Position numbers and translations under genes: made by a program
Notes under the pieces: model-generated
Database searches by the model: none
What the model saw: only the letters and a program-made list of their open reading frames with translations
Told to the model about the DNA's origin: nothing
Shown: piece after piece, positions 1 through 9,818 of the stretch
How the letters are laid out: each line of letters begins with the position of its first letter
Position numbering within the stretch: the stretch's first letter is position 1
NCBI GenBank assembly: GCA_963725865.1
Contig: CAVSAC010000014.1
Coordinates: 960,001-1,024,000, forward strand
Source of the DNA: Candidatus Eiseniibacteriota bacterium
Lineage (GTDB): Bacteria > Eisenbacteria > RBG-16-71-46
Length of the DNA stretch: 64,000 nt
Reading direction: 5' to 3'

Positions 1-258
1 GATTCGTTCCGCGAGGAGGCGGGAGCGCTGCTCGACCTGCGACAGTCCATCGTCTCGAACCGCCTGAACGACATCATCAAGCGACTGACGGTGATCGCGA
101 CGGTGGGCCTGCCGCTGACGGTGATCACGAGCTACTACGGGATGAACTTCAGGCTCCCGGAGTACGGCTTCCGGCACGCCCACCTCTACGTGCTGGGACT
201 GCTCGCGGCGAGCGGCCTGGTCACCTGGTTGATGTTGCGCCGTCGACGGTGGATGTAA
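1..258 (+). CDS. corA: CorA-family Mg2+/Co2+ transporter, 3' end (partial)
   Basis: Frame +1 reads ...SNRLNDIIKRLTVIATVGLPLTVITSYYGMNF...WLMLRRRRWM*; GMN signature between two TM helices. Confidence 0.9.
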   Translation, partial: DSFREEAGALLDLRQSIVSNRLNDIIKRLTVIATVGLPLTVITSYYGMNFRLPEYGFRHAHLYVLGLLAASGLVTWLMLRRRRWM

Positions 259-277
259 CGGGGACGGGGCGTCACAC

Positions 278-499
278 AAGGGAGGGGGGGCCCATCCCTG
301 CATTCTCGAGGACTCCACTTCGGGCTTGTGGCTCGAGTCCGCATGCAGCCCCGGCCCGCGCGGCGTGCACCCATGTCCACCGACTCACCTCGCTCGGCTC
401 GTCGGCGACCTCCTGGGCATCCGCGGGTCTCGTGCAGCGAACGAAACCCCGGTCCGGCCCGGAAGCTCCCTGCCAAGGAGTTCTTCCTGCCCGGCTGCA
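278..499 (-). ncRNA. Putative structured small RNA (family not recognised)
   Basis: Lies between convergent genes; minus-strand TTGACA-N18-CATGTT promoter at 505-534; closing helix 344-350/493-499 plus internal hairpins 461-487 and 425-449. Confidence 0.45.
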
Positions 500-583
500 A
501 CCAGAACATGTGTCCGCGGCGGCGCCGGTGTCAAGGGCGACAAGCGTCCGTTCGACCCCACGCGTCCGCGCGCCCGGGGTGCC

Positions 584-1762
584 TCATCGTCGGCCAGCGC
601 GCGGGGGCTTCGACGCCGGGCCGAGCACCTCGAACGTGCAGTCGTCGTAGTACAGGCGCCCCTCGGCGGGGGCGTTGTAGACGAACCACACCCATACCTC
701 GTAGGCGTCCTCGGGGATGTCCATCTCGGAGGTGGCGAGCTCCCAGGGTGTGTTCGAGGAGTACTGTTTTCCAGGTTGCAGTTCGCCGCCGTGCAGGGTG
801 TGGACGTAGATCTGGATGTAGGCCAGTCCGCGCAGGCTGTCGGTGCGGATATACGTGGTCGCGCGCACGCGCTTGCCGGCGAGGTCGTGGCGCGGGAACG
901 CCTGCCCGATGCCGGTCTTCACCTTGATCATGCCGTCGAGTCCGCCCTCCATGCGGACCGAAGCTCGCCCGGTGTGGGCGACGGTGGAGTCGCGTACGAC
1001 CTGCATGTTCGCGAACGGCGGCAGCGAGTACTCCCAGTCGTTCCCGTCGCCTTCGAACCCCGGGTCCTTGAGCAGATTCGTGCCGATCGGGAGCGGGGCC
1101 GGACGCTCCGGCGCCTCGAGGGTCAGGCTGGCGTCGTCGAACAGCACCTGGCCCGTTCCGAGGATGCCGAGGCGCACCCAGATGACGTCGACGGTGGGCG
1201 GCACGAACACTCGGACGGTGCGCTTCACCCAGCCGGTCTCGGACTCGGAGAAGTACTGGCGCCGCCAGCCGAAGTCGATCAGCGGATCGTCGACCGGATT
1301 CACGCGCATCCGCTTCGCGGCCTCCAGGCGAGGCACCTTCCAGATGAGGGACATCCGCGTGACGGTGTCGCGATAGGCCTGCAGCAGCAGGAAGCCCCGA
1401 CCCTGGAGACCGTTCGAGCGCGTCCACGCCGTGAACACCGCGTCCTTGCCCCACGCTTCCTTGCCCACGCGGATCGCCTGGCTCCAGTTGTGCGCCATCG
1501 GATAGAGCATGCTCACGTTGGCGAGGCCGACCGCGTAACGCCCGTGCTCCACGAGGAACGTGTCGCGCCCGAAGAACGCTCCGCCGACCTCCGCCGCAGA
1601 GGTATCCCACCCGGTCGGCATCCACGGGTGGCCGTCGAGCGACTGCTCGAAGTCGGGGTTCGCGAGCAGATTGGTGCTTCGAGGTGCGGCGACTACCGTG
1701 GCGGCGGCGAGCAGGATCGCGACGACGGGCACGACCACCTGCGCGAACGGATGGCGCATCAT
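584..1762 (-). CDS. Secreted protein with two carbohydrate-binding-module-like (CBM4/9-like) domains
   Basis: Signal peptide; two 'TNLLx(N/D)PxFE' starts and 'FDDxxL/YDDCTF' ends typical of galactose-binding-like modules. Confidence 0.65.
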   Translation of the reverse strand: MMRHPFAQVVVPVVAILLAAATVVAAPRSTNLLANPDFEQSLDGHPWMPTGWDTSAAEVGGAFFGRDTFLVEHGRYAVGLANVSMLYPMAHNWSQAIRVGKEAWGKDAVFTAWTRSNGLQGRGFLLLQAYRDTVTRMSLIWKVPRLEAAKRMRVNPVDDPLIDFGWRRQYFSESETGWVKRTVRVFVPPTVDVIWVRLGILGTGQVLFDDASLTLEAPERPAPLPIGTNLLKDPGFEGDGNDWEYSLPPFANMQVVRDSTVAHTGRASVRMEGGLDGMIKVKTGIGQAFPRHDLAGKRVRATTYIRTDSLRGLAYIQIYVHTLHGGELQPGKQYSSNTPWELATSEMDIPEDAYEVWVWFVYNAPAEGRLYYDDCTFEVLGPASKPPRAGRR

Positions 1763-1971
1763 GGGGATCCTCTCGAGGTGTTCGGGGAGTCGCTCCATCC
1801 CGGAGCGCGAGCGAAAAGTATCGTGAGCACGCGCTGCGCGGGTCAAGCGGAATCCCCTGCAGGCGCCGACGTCAGGCGCGTGTGAAGCCGGTGCGCGGTT
1901 TGCGACTCGCGCGCGGGGACGACTATCGTCGGCCCGATCCGCGCACGCCGCGCGGTCGCGGAGGCACTTCC

Positions 1972-2817
1972 GTGTCCGAGTGGTTCTTCACCAACGACCT
2001 CCACGGTCAGTCCACCCACTACGAGCAGTTGGTCGCGATCGCCGCGGCTCACCGACCTCGCGTGGTGATCCTGGGGGGCGATCTCTGCCCGCACGAGAGT
2101 GGCGATGCCGGGGTGCGCCGGCAGCGCGTCTTCCTGCAGGGATTCCTCGTCGAGTTCGCACGCCGCGTCCGCGAGGCATCCGGCGGAACCGCCCTCCTCC
2201 TGTTGATGGGCAACGACGACTGGAGCATCAACCACGACGTACTCGCGGCGCACGATGGGACGCTCTGGCACCTGATCCACGAGCGTCTCGTGCGCGTCGA
2301 CGACGTGCCGGTCGTTGGCTCCTCGTGGGTGCCCATCACGCCGTTCACCATCAAGGACTGGGAGCGCTGGGAGGACGGGAGGGAGGAGTCCCCGCCGCGG
2401 CTCGACGGGTGGCGCAGTACGGCCTCGGGCCTGCAGGCGTTCGCGTTCGATCCACTGAGGCGTACTCCCACCATCGCCGAGGCGCTCGCCGGGCTCGCCG
2501 GATTGTCCCCGCCCCGCGAGACGGTGCTGGTATCGCACTCGCCGCCGCGGGACACCCGCTGCGACATGGTCCAGGGCGGGGCGCACGTGGGCTCGCGGGC
2601 ATTGCGGGAATGGATCGAGGCCCAACAGCCACGGCTGGTGCTCAGCGGGCACATCCACGAATCGCCGCGGGCGTCCGGGGCGTGGCGCGACCGCATCGGG
2701 CCGACGGAGATCGTGAACCCGGGCCAGTTCGGCACCGTGCGGCTCTGCGGCGTGTGGTTCGACCCGGCCGCCCCGGCCGAGACCCTGCGGCACACCGTGC
2801 ACACCGGCCTGCGCTGA
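1972..2817 (+). CDS. Calcineurin-like metallophosphoesterase
   Basis: Motifs DLHG, GGDL, GNDD, SHSPP, GHIHE; GTG start after GGAGG. Confidence 0.85.
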   Translation: MSEWFFTNDLHGQSTHYEQLVAIAAAHRPRVVILGGDLCPHESGDAGVRRQRVFLQGFLVEFARRVREASGGTALLLLMGNDDWSINHDVLAAHDGTLWHLIHERLVRVDDVPVVGSSWVPITPFTIKDWERWEDGREESPPRLDGWRSTASGLQAFAFDPLRRTPTIAEALAGLAGLSPPRETVLVSHSPPRDTRCDMVQGGAHVGSRALREWIEAQQPRLVLSGHIHESPRASGAWRDRIGPTEIVNPGQFGTVRLCGVWFDPAAPAETLRHTVHTGLR

Positions 2818-2942
2818 GTCGGACCCGGATCCTCGGGCCCGGTCTCGCGCTCCCAGCCCGCGCAACCCATGAAGCCGCTCGGCGCGCCGCCGGCGTGCTA
2901 GACTCGCCACCTCCCTGGACCCCCGTGCTCGAGGCTCGATCC

Positions 2943-3449
2943 ATGATCCGACGCTGCATCGCTCCGCTGCTGGTACTCCTCGCCGCGACCCTTGCACCCG
3001 CCGGCGCACGCGCCGCGGGCGAACTCCGCTGGCGCGGATTCGACGCCGGGCTGCGCGAAGCCAGGAGCACCGGCCGACCGGTGCTGGTGGACGTGGTCAC
3101 GGACTGGTGCCGCTACTGCAAGATGATGGATCGCGACGTGTACTCGCGCGCCGACGTGCGCGAGTACCTGTCCCAGCGATTCATCCCGGTGAGGCTCGAT
3201 GCCGAGGGGGCGCAGGTCGTGTCCTATGAAGGACGGAGCTTCACGGGCCGCACGCTGTCGCAGCGCTTCCGGGTAAACGGCTATCCCACCACGATCTTCC
3301 TGAAGGCCGACGGCGGACACCTCGTAAACGTGCCCGGCTACCTGCCGGCGGATCAGTTCCTGGTGCTCATGCGCTACGTCGCCGAGGGGGCGCTCGAGCG
3401 CGGCGAGGACTGGGAGGCGTACGCCCGCAAGGCGAGCGGGGCGCGCTGA
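2943..3449 (+). CDS. Exported thioredoxin-fold protein (SoxW/DUF255-like)
   Basis: Signal peptide, WCRYC active site, GYPT cis-Pro motif. Confidence 0.85.
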   Translation: MIRRCIAPLLVLLAATLAPAGARAAGELRWRGFDAGLREARSTGRPVLVDVVTDWCRYCKMMDRDVYSRADVREYLSQRFIPVRLDAEGAQVVSYEGRSFTGRTLSQRFRVNGYPTTIFLKADGGHLVNVPGYLPADQFLVLMRYVAEGALERGEDWEAYARKASGAR

Positions 3450-3457
3450 GCCCCGCG

Positions 3458-4063
3458 ATGTCGCTGCTGACCGGTCACGAGGTCGCGGTGGTCGACACCG
3501 AGACCACCGGCTTCTCGCCCGTGGATGGACACGTCCTGGTCGAGGTCGCGGTGGTCCGCGTGGTGGACGGCGCGATCCGCGAATCCGAGTCGTGGTCCTC
3601 GCTGATGCGGCCCGGCCGGCCCATCCCTCCCGACGCGACCGCGGTGCACGGGATCACCGACGCGATGGTGGCTGGGGCGCCGCCGCCGGCCGAAGTCGCG
3701 CGGCTCCTGCGCGAGGCCTGCGGGGCGCGGGTGCTCGCGTTCCACAACGCGCCGTTCGATCTGCCGTTCCTGGTGGCGCTGCTGAGCAGTGAGCGCCAGC
3801 CGCCCCTCACGGCCCCCGTCCTCGACACGCTGGGCCTCGCGCGCGGGCTCTACGGCTCCGGAGGCAACAGCCTCGGCGCCCTCGCCCGCCGTCTGCAGCT
3901 GCCGCCCGCGACCGCGCACCGTGCGCTCGGGGACGCGCTCACCACCGCGCACCTGCTGGTGCGGCTGGCCGCGGACTGGGCGAAGCGGGTGCCCTCGCTC
4001 GAGGAGTTGGCCGCCGCGAGCCAGGACCAGAATCGCTGGCGACCGACCGCGGCCGCGCGCTGA
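3458..4063 (+). CDS. DEDDh 3'-5' exonuclease (DnaQ-like)
   Basis: ExoI DTETTG, ExoII HNAPFD, ExoIII HRALGD. Confidence 0.9.
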   Translation: MSLLTGHEVAVVDTETTGFSPVDGHVLVEVAVVRVVDGAIRESESWSSLMRPGRPIPPDATAVHGITDAMVAGAPPPAEVARLLREACGARVLAFHNAPFDLPFLVALLSSERQPPLTAPVLDTLGLARGLYGSGGNSLGALARRLQLPPATAHRALGDALTTAHLLVRLAADWAKRVPSLEELAAASQDQNRWRPTAAAR

Positions 4064-4166
4064 CGCGCCGCGCCCCGGTCGATTGACACTCGACCGTGTG
4101 CTCCGGATGATGCACCGTCGACCTGCGACATCCCCCGCGTCGCCAGCGCCGATCCAGGAGGGCCCC

Positions 4167-4646
4167 ATGCCCGATCGCGTGAACCTCGAATTGGGCCAGC
4201 CGGCCCCGGACTTCCGATTGAAGGGACCCGGCGGCGCCTTCGTCACGCTCTCCGAGTATCGGGGCCAGAAGCACGTGGTGCTCGCGTTCTACCCCCTCGC
4301 GTTCTCCCCGGTCTGCGCGCATCAGCTTCCCACCATCCAGCGCGAGATGGGCGCGATCGAAGCGCTCGACGGGACCGTGCTCGGTATCAGCGTGGATAGC
4401 CACTACGCCAATCAGGCGTTCGCGGAGCGGCTGCGGCTCACGTTCCCGCTCCTCTCCGACTTCAATCGCGAGACCAGTGCCGCCTACGGCGTGCTGCTCG
4501 GCGAGCGGGGGATCAGCAATCGGGCCCTGTTCCTGATCGACAAGCAGGGACGCGTCGCTTACAAGGAGATCTCGGAGAACCCCGGGGACCTCGCGATGAT
4601 CCCGAGCAATCCCCGGCTGCTCGCTGCGCTCGAGGCCCTTCAGTAG
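4167..4646 (+). CDS. Peroxiredoxin (AhpC/TSA family, AhpE-like)
   Basis: FYPLAFSPVC peroxidatic motif, GISVDS, LLSDF, RALFLID. Confidence 0.85.
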   Translation: MPDRVNLELGQPAPDFRLKGPGGAFVTLSEYRGQKHVVLAFYPLAFSPVCAHQLPTIQREMGAIEALDGTVLGISVDSHYANQAFAERLRLTFPLLSDFNRETSAAYGVLLGERGISNRALFLIDKQGRVAYKEISENPGDLAMIPSNPRLLAALEALQ

Positions 4647-4679
4647 CAGCGGCGCGGCCCGCCGCGCCACCGGGCGACC

Positions 4680-6029
4680 ATGCCGAAGGATTCCGCCACC
4701 GTTCTGGTTGTTGGCCGCGAGAATGCGGCCACCCGCGAGACGATCGCGCGCCTGCGCGCACACGATTACGCTGCGATATGGGCGCGCGATGGCGAGAGCG
4801 CCCTCAATCTCCTCGATCGGCGCCGCGTCGATGCCCTGGTGGTCGAGGTGCGGGCCCCGCGCATCGACGGGCTCGCCGTGATGCAGCGGGCGCTCGCCCG
4901 CAACCCGGCGACGTGCACCGTGCTGATCGCGGCCGGCCCGCAGACCGAGGCGGCGATTGACGCGCTGCGACACGGAGCACACGACGTGCAGTCGCCGCCT
5001 CTGCACCTCGACCGGCTGATAGCCATGCTGGAGCGCGGCCTTGCGCAGCAGCGGCTCGGCGAGCGCCTCGACGCGATGCAGGCGCGGCTCGATCAGCGTT
5101 TCGGGCTCGGGCGACTGGTCGCGCAATCGCGCGCCATGCGGCGGGTGATCGAGCAGGTGCGGCACACGGCTGCAACCCGAGCGACCGTGCTGATCGAGGG
5201 CGAGCCCGGCACCGGCAAAGGGTTGCTCGCCCAGGTGCTGCATCAGCACAGCCCGCGCAAGACCGGGCCCTTCGTCATGGTGGACTGCGGTGCGGTGCCG
5301 GACGGGTTGATCGAGAGCGAGCTGTTCGGCGACGACTCGCTCGACGACGCATCGCGACGGGGCCGGTTCGAGCTGGCGGACGGGGGCACGCTGTTCCTCA
5401 CCGATGTGGCGTCGATCCCGCTGTCGGCCCAGGTGCGCCTGCTGCGCGCGATCCAGGACCGCGGATTCGAGCGGGTCGGGGGCACGACGACCCGCCGCGC
5501 GGACGTGCGGCTGCTCGCCGCGAGCGAACGCGACCTCGCGGCGGAGGTCGCCGCGGGGCGGTTCCGCGACGATCTCGCGCGGCGCCTCGGAGTCGTGCGG
5601 CTCGTGCTCCCGCCCCTGCGCGAGCGCCGTGAGGACATCCCGGCGCTGGTCGAGCGCTTCATCCACGAAACGAACCGCGCCCATCGCCGGCGAGTCACCG
5701 GCATCACGCGCGGCGCTCTCGAGCGCCTGCTGGCGCACGCTTGGCCCGGTAACGTGCGCGAGCTGCGGGAAGCGGTGGAGCGGATGGTGGAGTCCACGCG
5801 CGGCCGGCGCGCGCTCGACCTCTCGGACCTGCCGTCGCCGCTGCGGCCGGACGTCCAGGGTGGTGAGCCGCTCGCGCTGGCGGTCGGCATGACGATCGAC
5901 GAGGCCGAACGCCACCTGATCCTCGCGACACTGGAGCACGCCGGCGGAGACAAGGTTCGCGCCGCGCAGGTGCTGGGCATCGGCCTGCGTACGCTCTATC
6001 GGAAGCTCCAGCAGTACGCCATCCACTGA
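4680..6029 (+). CDS. NtrC-like REC-AAA+-Fis HTH regulator, degenerate
   Basis: Walker A GEPGTGKG, ESELFG, WPGNVREL, C-terminal HTH; GAFTGA and Walker-B DE missing. Confidence 0.85.
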   Translation: MPKDSATVLVVGRENAATRETIARLRAHDYAAIWARDGESALNLLDRRRVDALVVEVRAPRIDGLAVMQRALARNPATCTVLIAAGPQTEAAIDALRHGAHDVQSPPLHLDRLIAMLERGLAQQRLGERLDAMQARLDQRFGLGRLVAQSRAMRRVIEQVRHTAATRATVLIEGEPGTGKGLLAQVLHQHSPRKTGPFVMVDCGAVPDGLIESELFGDDSLDDASRRGRFELADGGTLFLTDVASIPLSAQVRLLRAIQDRGFERVGGTTTRRADVRLLAASERDLAAEVAAGRFRDDLARRLGVVRLVLPPLRERREDIPALVERFIHETNRAHRRRVTGITRGALERLLAHAWPGNVRELREAVERMVESTRGRRALDLSDLPSPLRPDVQGGEPLALAVGMTIDEAERHLILATLEHAGGDKVRAAQVLGIGLRTLYRKLQQYAIH

Positions 6030-6115
6030 CCCCGGACGCGGGGCGCCAGCCGCGGTTGGGCGGTGCCGGCCAGAATGGCCCGCATCCGCCCCGTACGGGG
6101 GGGCGGGAGCCCGGG

Positions 6116-6143
6116 CTAATCCCCGCGCGCCGGCCCGCCGATA
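6116..6143 (+). promoter_or_regulatory. Sigma28 (FliA/WhiG)-like promoter
   Basis: CTAATC-N15-GCCGATA about 35 nt upstream of ATG 6177. Confidence 0.4.
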
Positions 6144-6176
6144 CCCGGGTCGGACCTGTTCCATGGAGAGGCGCGC

Positions 6177-7214
6177 ATGGGCGACATCGAACCGATCGAG
6201 CCGATCGAACCGTCGGACTCGACCGAATCGACCGTATCGAACGGAGAGCTCGAGACCGACGAGATGCGCGTGGCGGCCGAGCGCGCGCGTGCCGAGAGCA
6301 CGGCCGCGGCGCGCCCGGACTGGCTGGTGGGTGCCGACGACGGTGTGGCGGCCGAGCACGAACGCGTGGCGCGCGAGGCGGTTGCCCCCACCGAATCGCC
6401 CACGCTCCGCCGCCCAGAAGCGCCGACTGACGACGCGCCGCGTCGCCTGGACACGGCGCCCCCGCGGGTGCTTCCCGGGTTGCCGCTGTCCACGAAATCC
6501 GCGCCGGCAGCCGAGAAGCGCGTCGCCTGGACCGCGGCGGCCAGCAGCCTGCCCACGCTGCGCGTGCTCAAGGGCGGCGTGCCCGAGTCCGCGGCGCCGC
6601 CCGACGCGCGGCTGGCGCCCGACGCGCGCCTGACGCCCGACGCGCGCCTGACGCCCGACGCGCGCCTGACGCCCCAGGTGCGCCTGGTCGAACCCGCGCG
6701 GGCCGCGGCCCCATTGCGCGTGATGCAGGTCGAGGAGGAAGACGAGCGCGCGTTCCCCGACAGCACCGGGCATTCCCCCGGCACGCCGGCAGGGACCGCC
6801 GTCCCCACCGTCACCGCGCGCCGCTCGGCTCCGCGCGAGGCCTGGTGGCTGATCGCCGTCGACACCCTGCGCTCCGATCGGAGAGTGCAGTTGCTCGCCG
6901 CACTGATCGTGGTGCTCGCCACCGCGATCGCGTTCTGGCCGCACGCCGAGAAGACGATCTCGATCCATGAGATCCGTCGCAACCCACAGGCGTGGGACGG
7001 TCGCATGGTGCGCGTCAGCGGCCGCGTCGGCGAGGTCTTCCCGGTCGGGGGCGGCTACGCGTTCAATCTCCACCAATCGCGCGACACGATGGTGGTGTTC
7101 ACGCGCTCGCGCACCCCGCGCGCCCGCGAGCAGGTCACGGTCGCCGGCTCCATCAGCACTGGATGGCTCGATGGCGTACCGCGCCAGGCGCTCTTCGAAG
7201 AAGTGACTCGCTAG
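6177..7214 (+). CDS. Single-pass membrane protein, disordered N-terminus, C-terminal OB-fold-like domain
   Basis: Acidic/Pro-rich N-terminus, one TM (LLAALIVVLATAIAFW), C-terminal 'WDGRMVRVSGRV...VTVAG' OB-like pattern. Confidence 0.6.
   Translation: MGDIEPIEPIEPSDSTESTVSNGELETDEMRVAAERARAESTAAARPDWLVGADDGVAAEHERVAREAVAPTESPTLRRPEAPTDDAPRRLDTAPPRVLPGLPLSTKSAPAAEKRVAWTAAASSLPTLRVLKGGVPESAAPPDARLAPDARLTPDARLTPDARLTPQVRLVEPARAAAPLRVMQVEEEDERAFPDSTGHSPGTPAGTAVPTVTARRSAPREAWWLIAVDTLRSDRRVQLLAALIVVLATAIAFWPHAEKTISIHEIRRNPQAWDGRMVRVSGRVGEVFPVGGGYAFNLHQSRDTMVVFTRSRTPRAREQVTVAGSISTGWLDGVPRQALFEEVTR
6600..6672 (+). repeat. 18-bp in-frame tandem repeat x4 (PDARL[A/T])
   Basis: cccgacgcgcgcctgacg repeated four times with few variants. 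Confidence 0.9.
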
Positions 7215-7332
7215 CGGCGCGCGTCCTCGCGTCGTGGCCAGACGGGCGCACTTCCCTGCGGAGCGCGCCCCTCGCCGCATGCGTCCCGGCGCTCGATGCT
7301 GGCGATGCCTCGACCCATCCGCCAGGCAACTC

Positions 7333-7394
7333 TTGCCATTCTGACAACCGCCCGGGCTTCTTTTGCCATTCTGGGACATCCTGCCAGAGTCACA
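7333..7394 (+). promoter_or_regulatory. Repeated TTGCCATTCTG boxes upstream of groES
   Basis: Identical 11-mers at 7333-7343 and 7363-7373, and a degenerate third copy at 7381-7394. Confidence 0.45.
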
Positions 7395-7605
7395 ATCATC
7401 TACTGACCAGCAGGTTACGCGGATGATCGCTGGCCGCGCCGGGCCGACCTGGAATTGCATTGCGGCTTCTCGTCCGCGTGGCCTATGTTCCGCGTCGCGC
7501 TCGGGGTGAGCGGCTCCCGCCGCACGATCAACGCGCCCAACGCCTCAGTCGACACATCATCCTTCAAACCGCGGCCTCGCAGGCCGTGCATCGAGGAGGA
7601 GCCAC

Positions 7606-9601
<1,996 letters not shown>

Positions 9602-9626
9602 TCCAGATCGACATACATCGCACACG

Positions 9627-9654
9627 ACGGCCCCGGGGGCGACCCCGGGGCCGT
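9627..9654 (+). terminator. Hairpin terminator after groEL
   Basis: acggccccgggg-N4-ccccggggccgt followed by a weak T tract. Confidence 0.6.
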
Positions 9655-9818
9655 TCGCGTTGAGGGGGGGGACTGCGGTAGTGCCACCGGGGGCCCGTTC
9701 GATCGCGCGGGGGCGAGGTTCGCGCATGTCCGGTCGCGTGCGGCTGCGGCGCCAATACCACGGCACGCATGTCACGGCCAGCCCGGCGGACCCCCGGGTG
9801 GCACTCCGGAGGACGACC

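Noticed and set aside
6600..6672. Direct repeats as a possible CRISPR array
   Set aside because: No spacers, in-frame coding repeat, no cas genes
7450..7463. Sigma54 promoter for groES (TGGAATTGCATTGC)
   Set aside because: Spacing is GG-N9-GC, not the required N10
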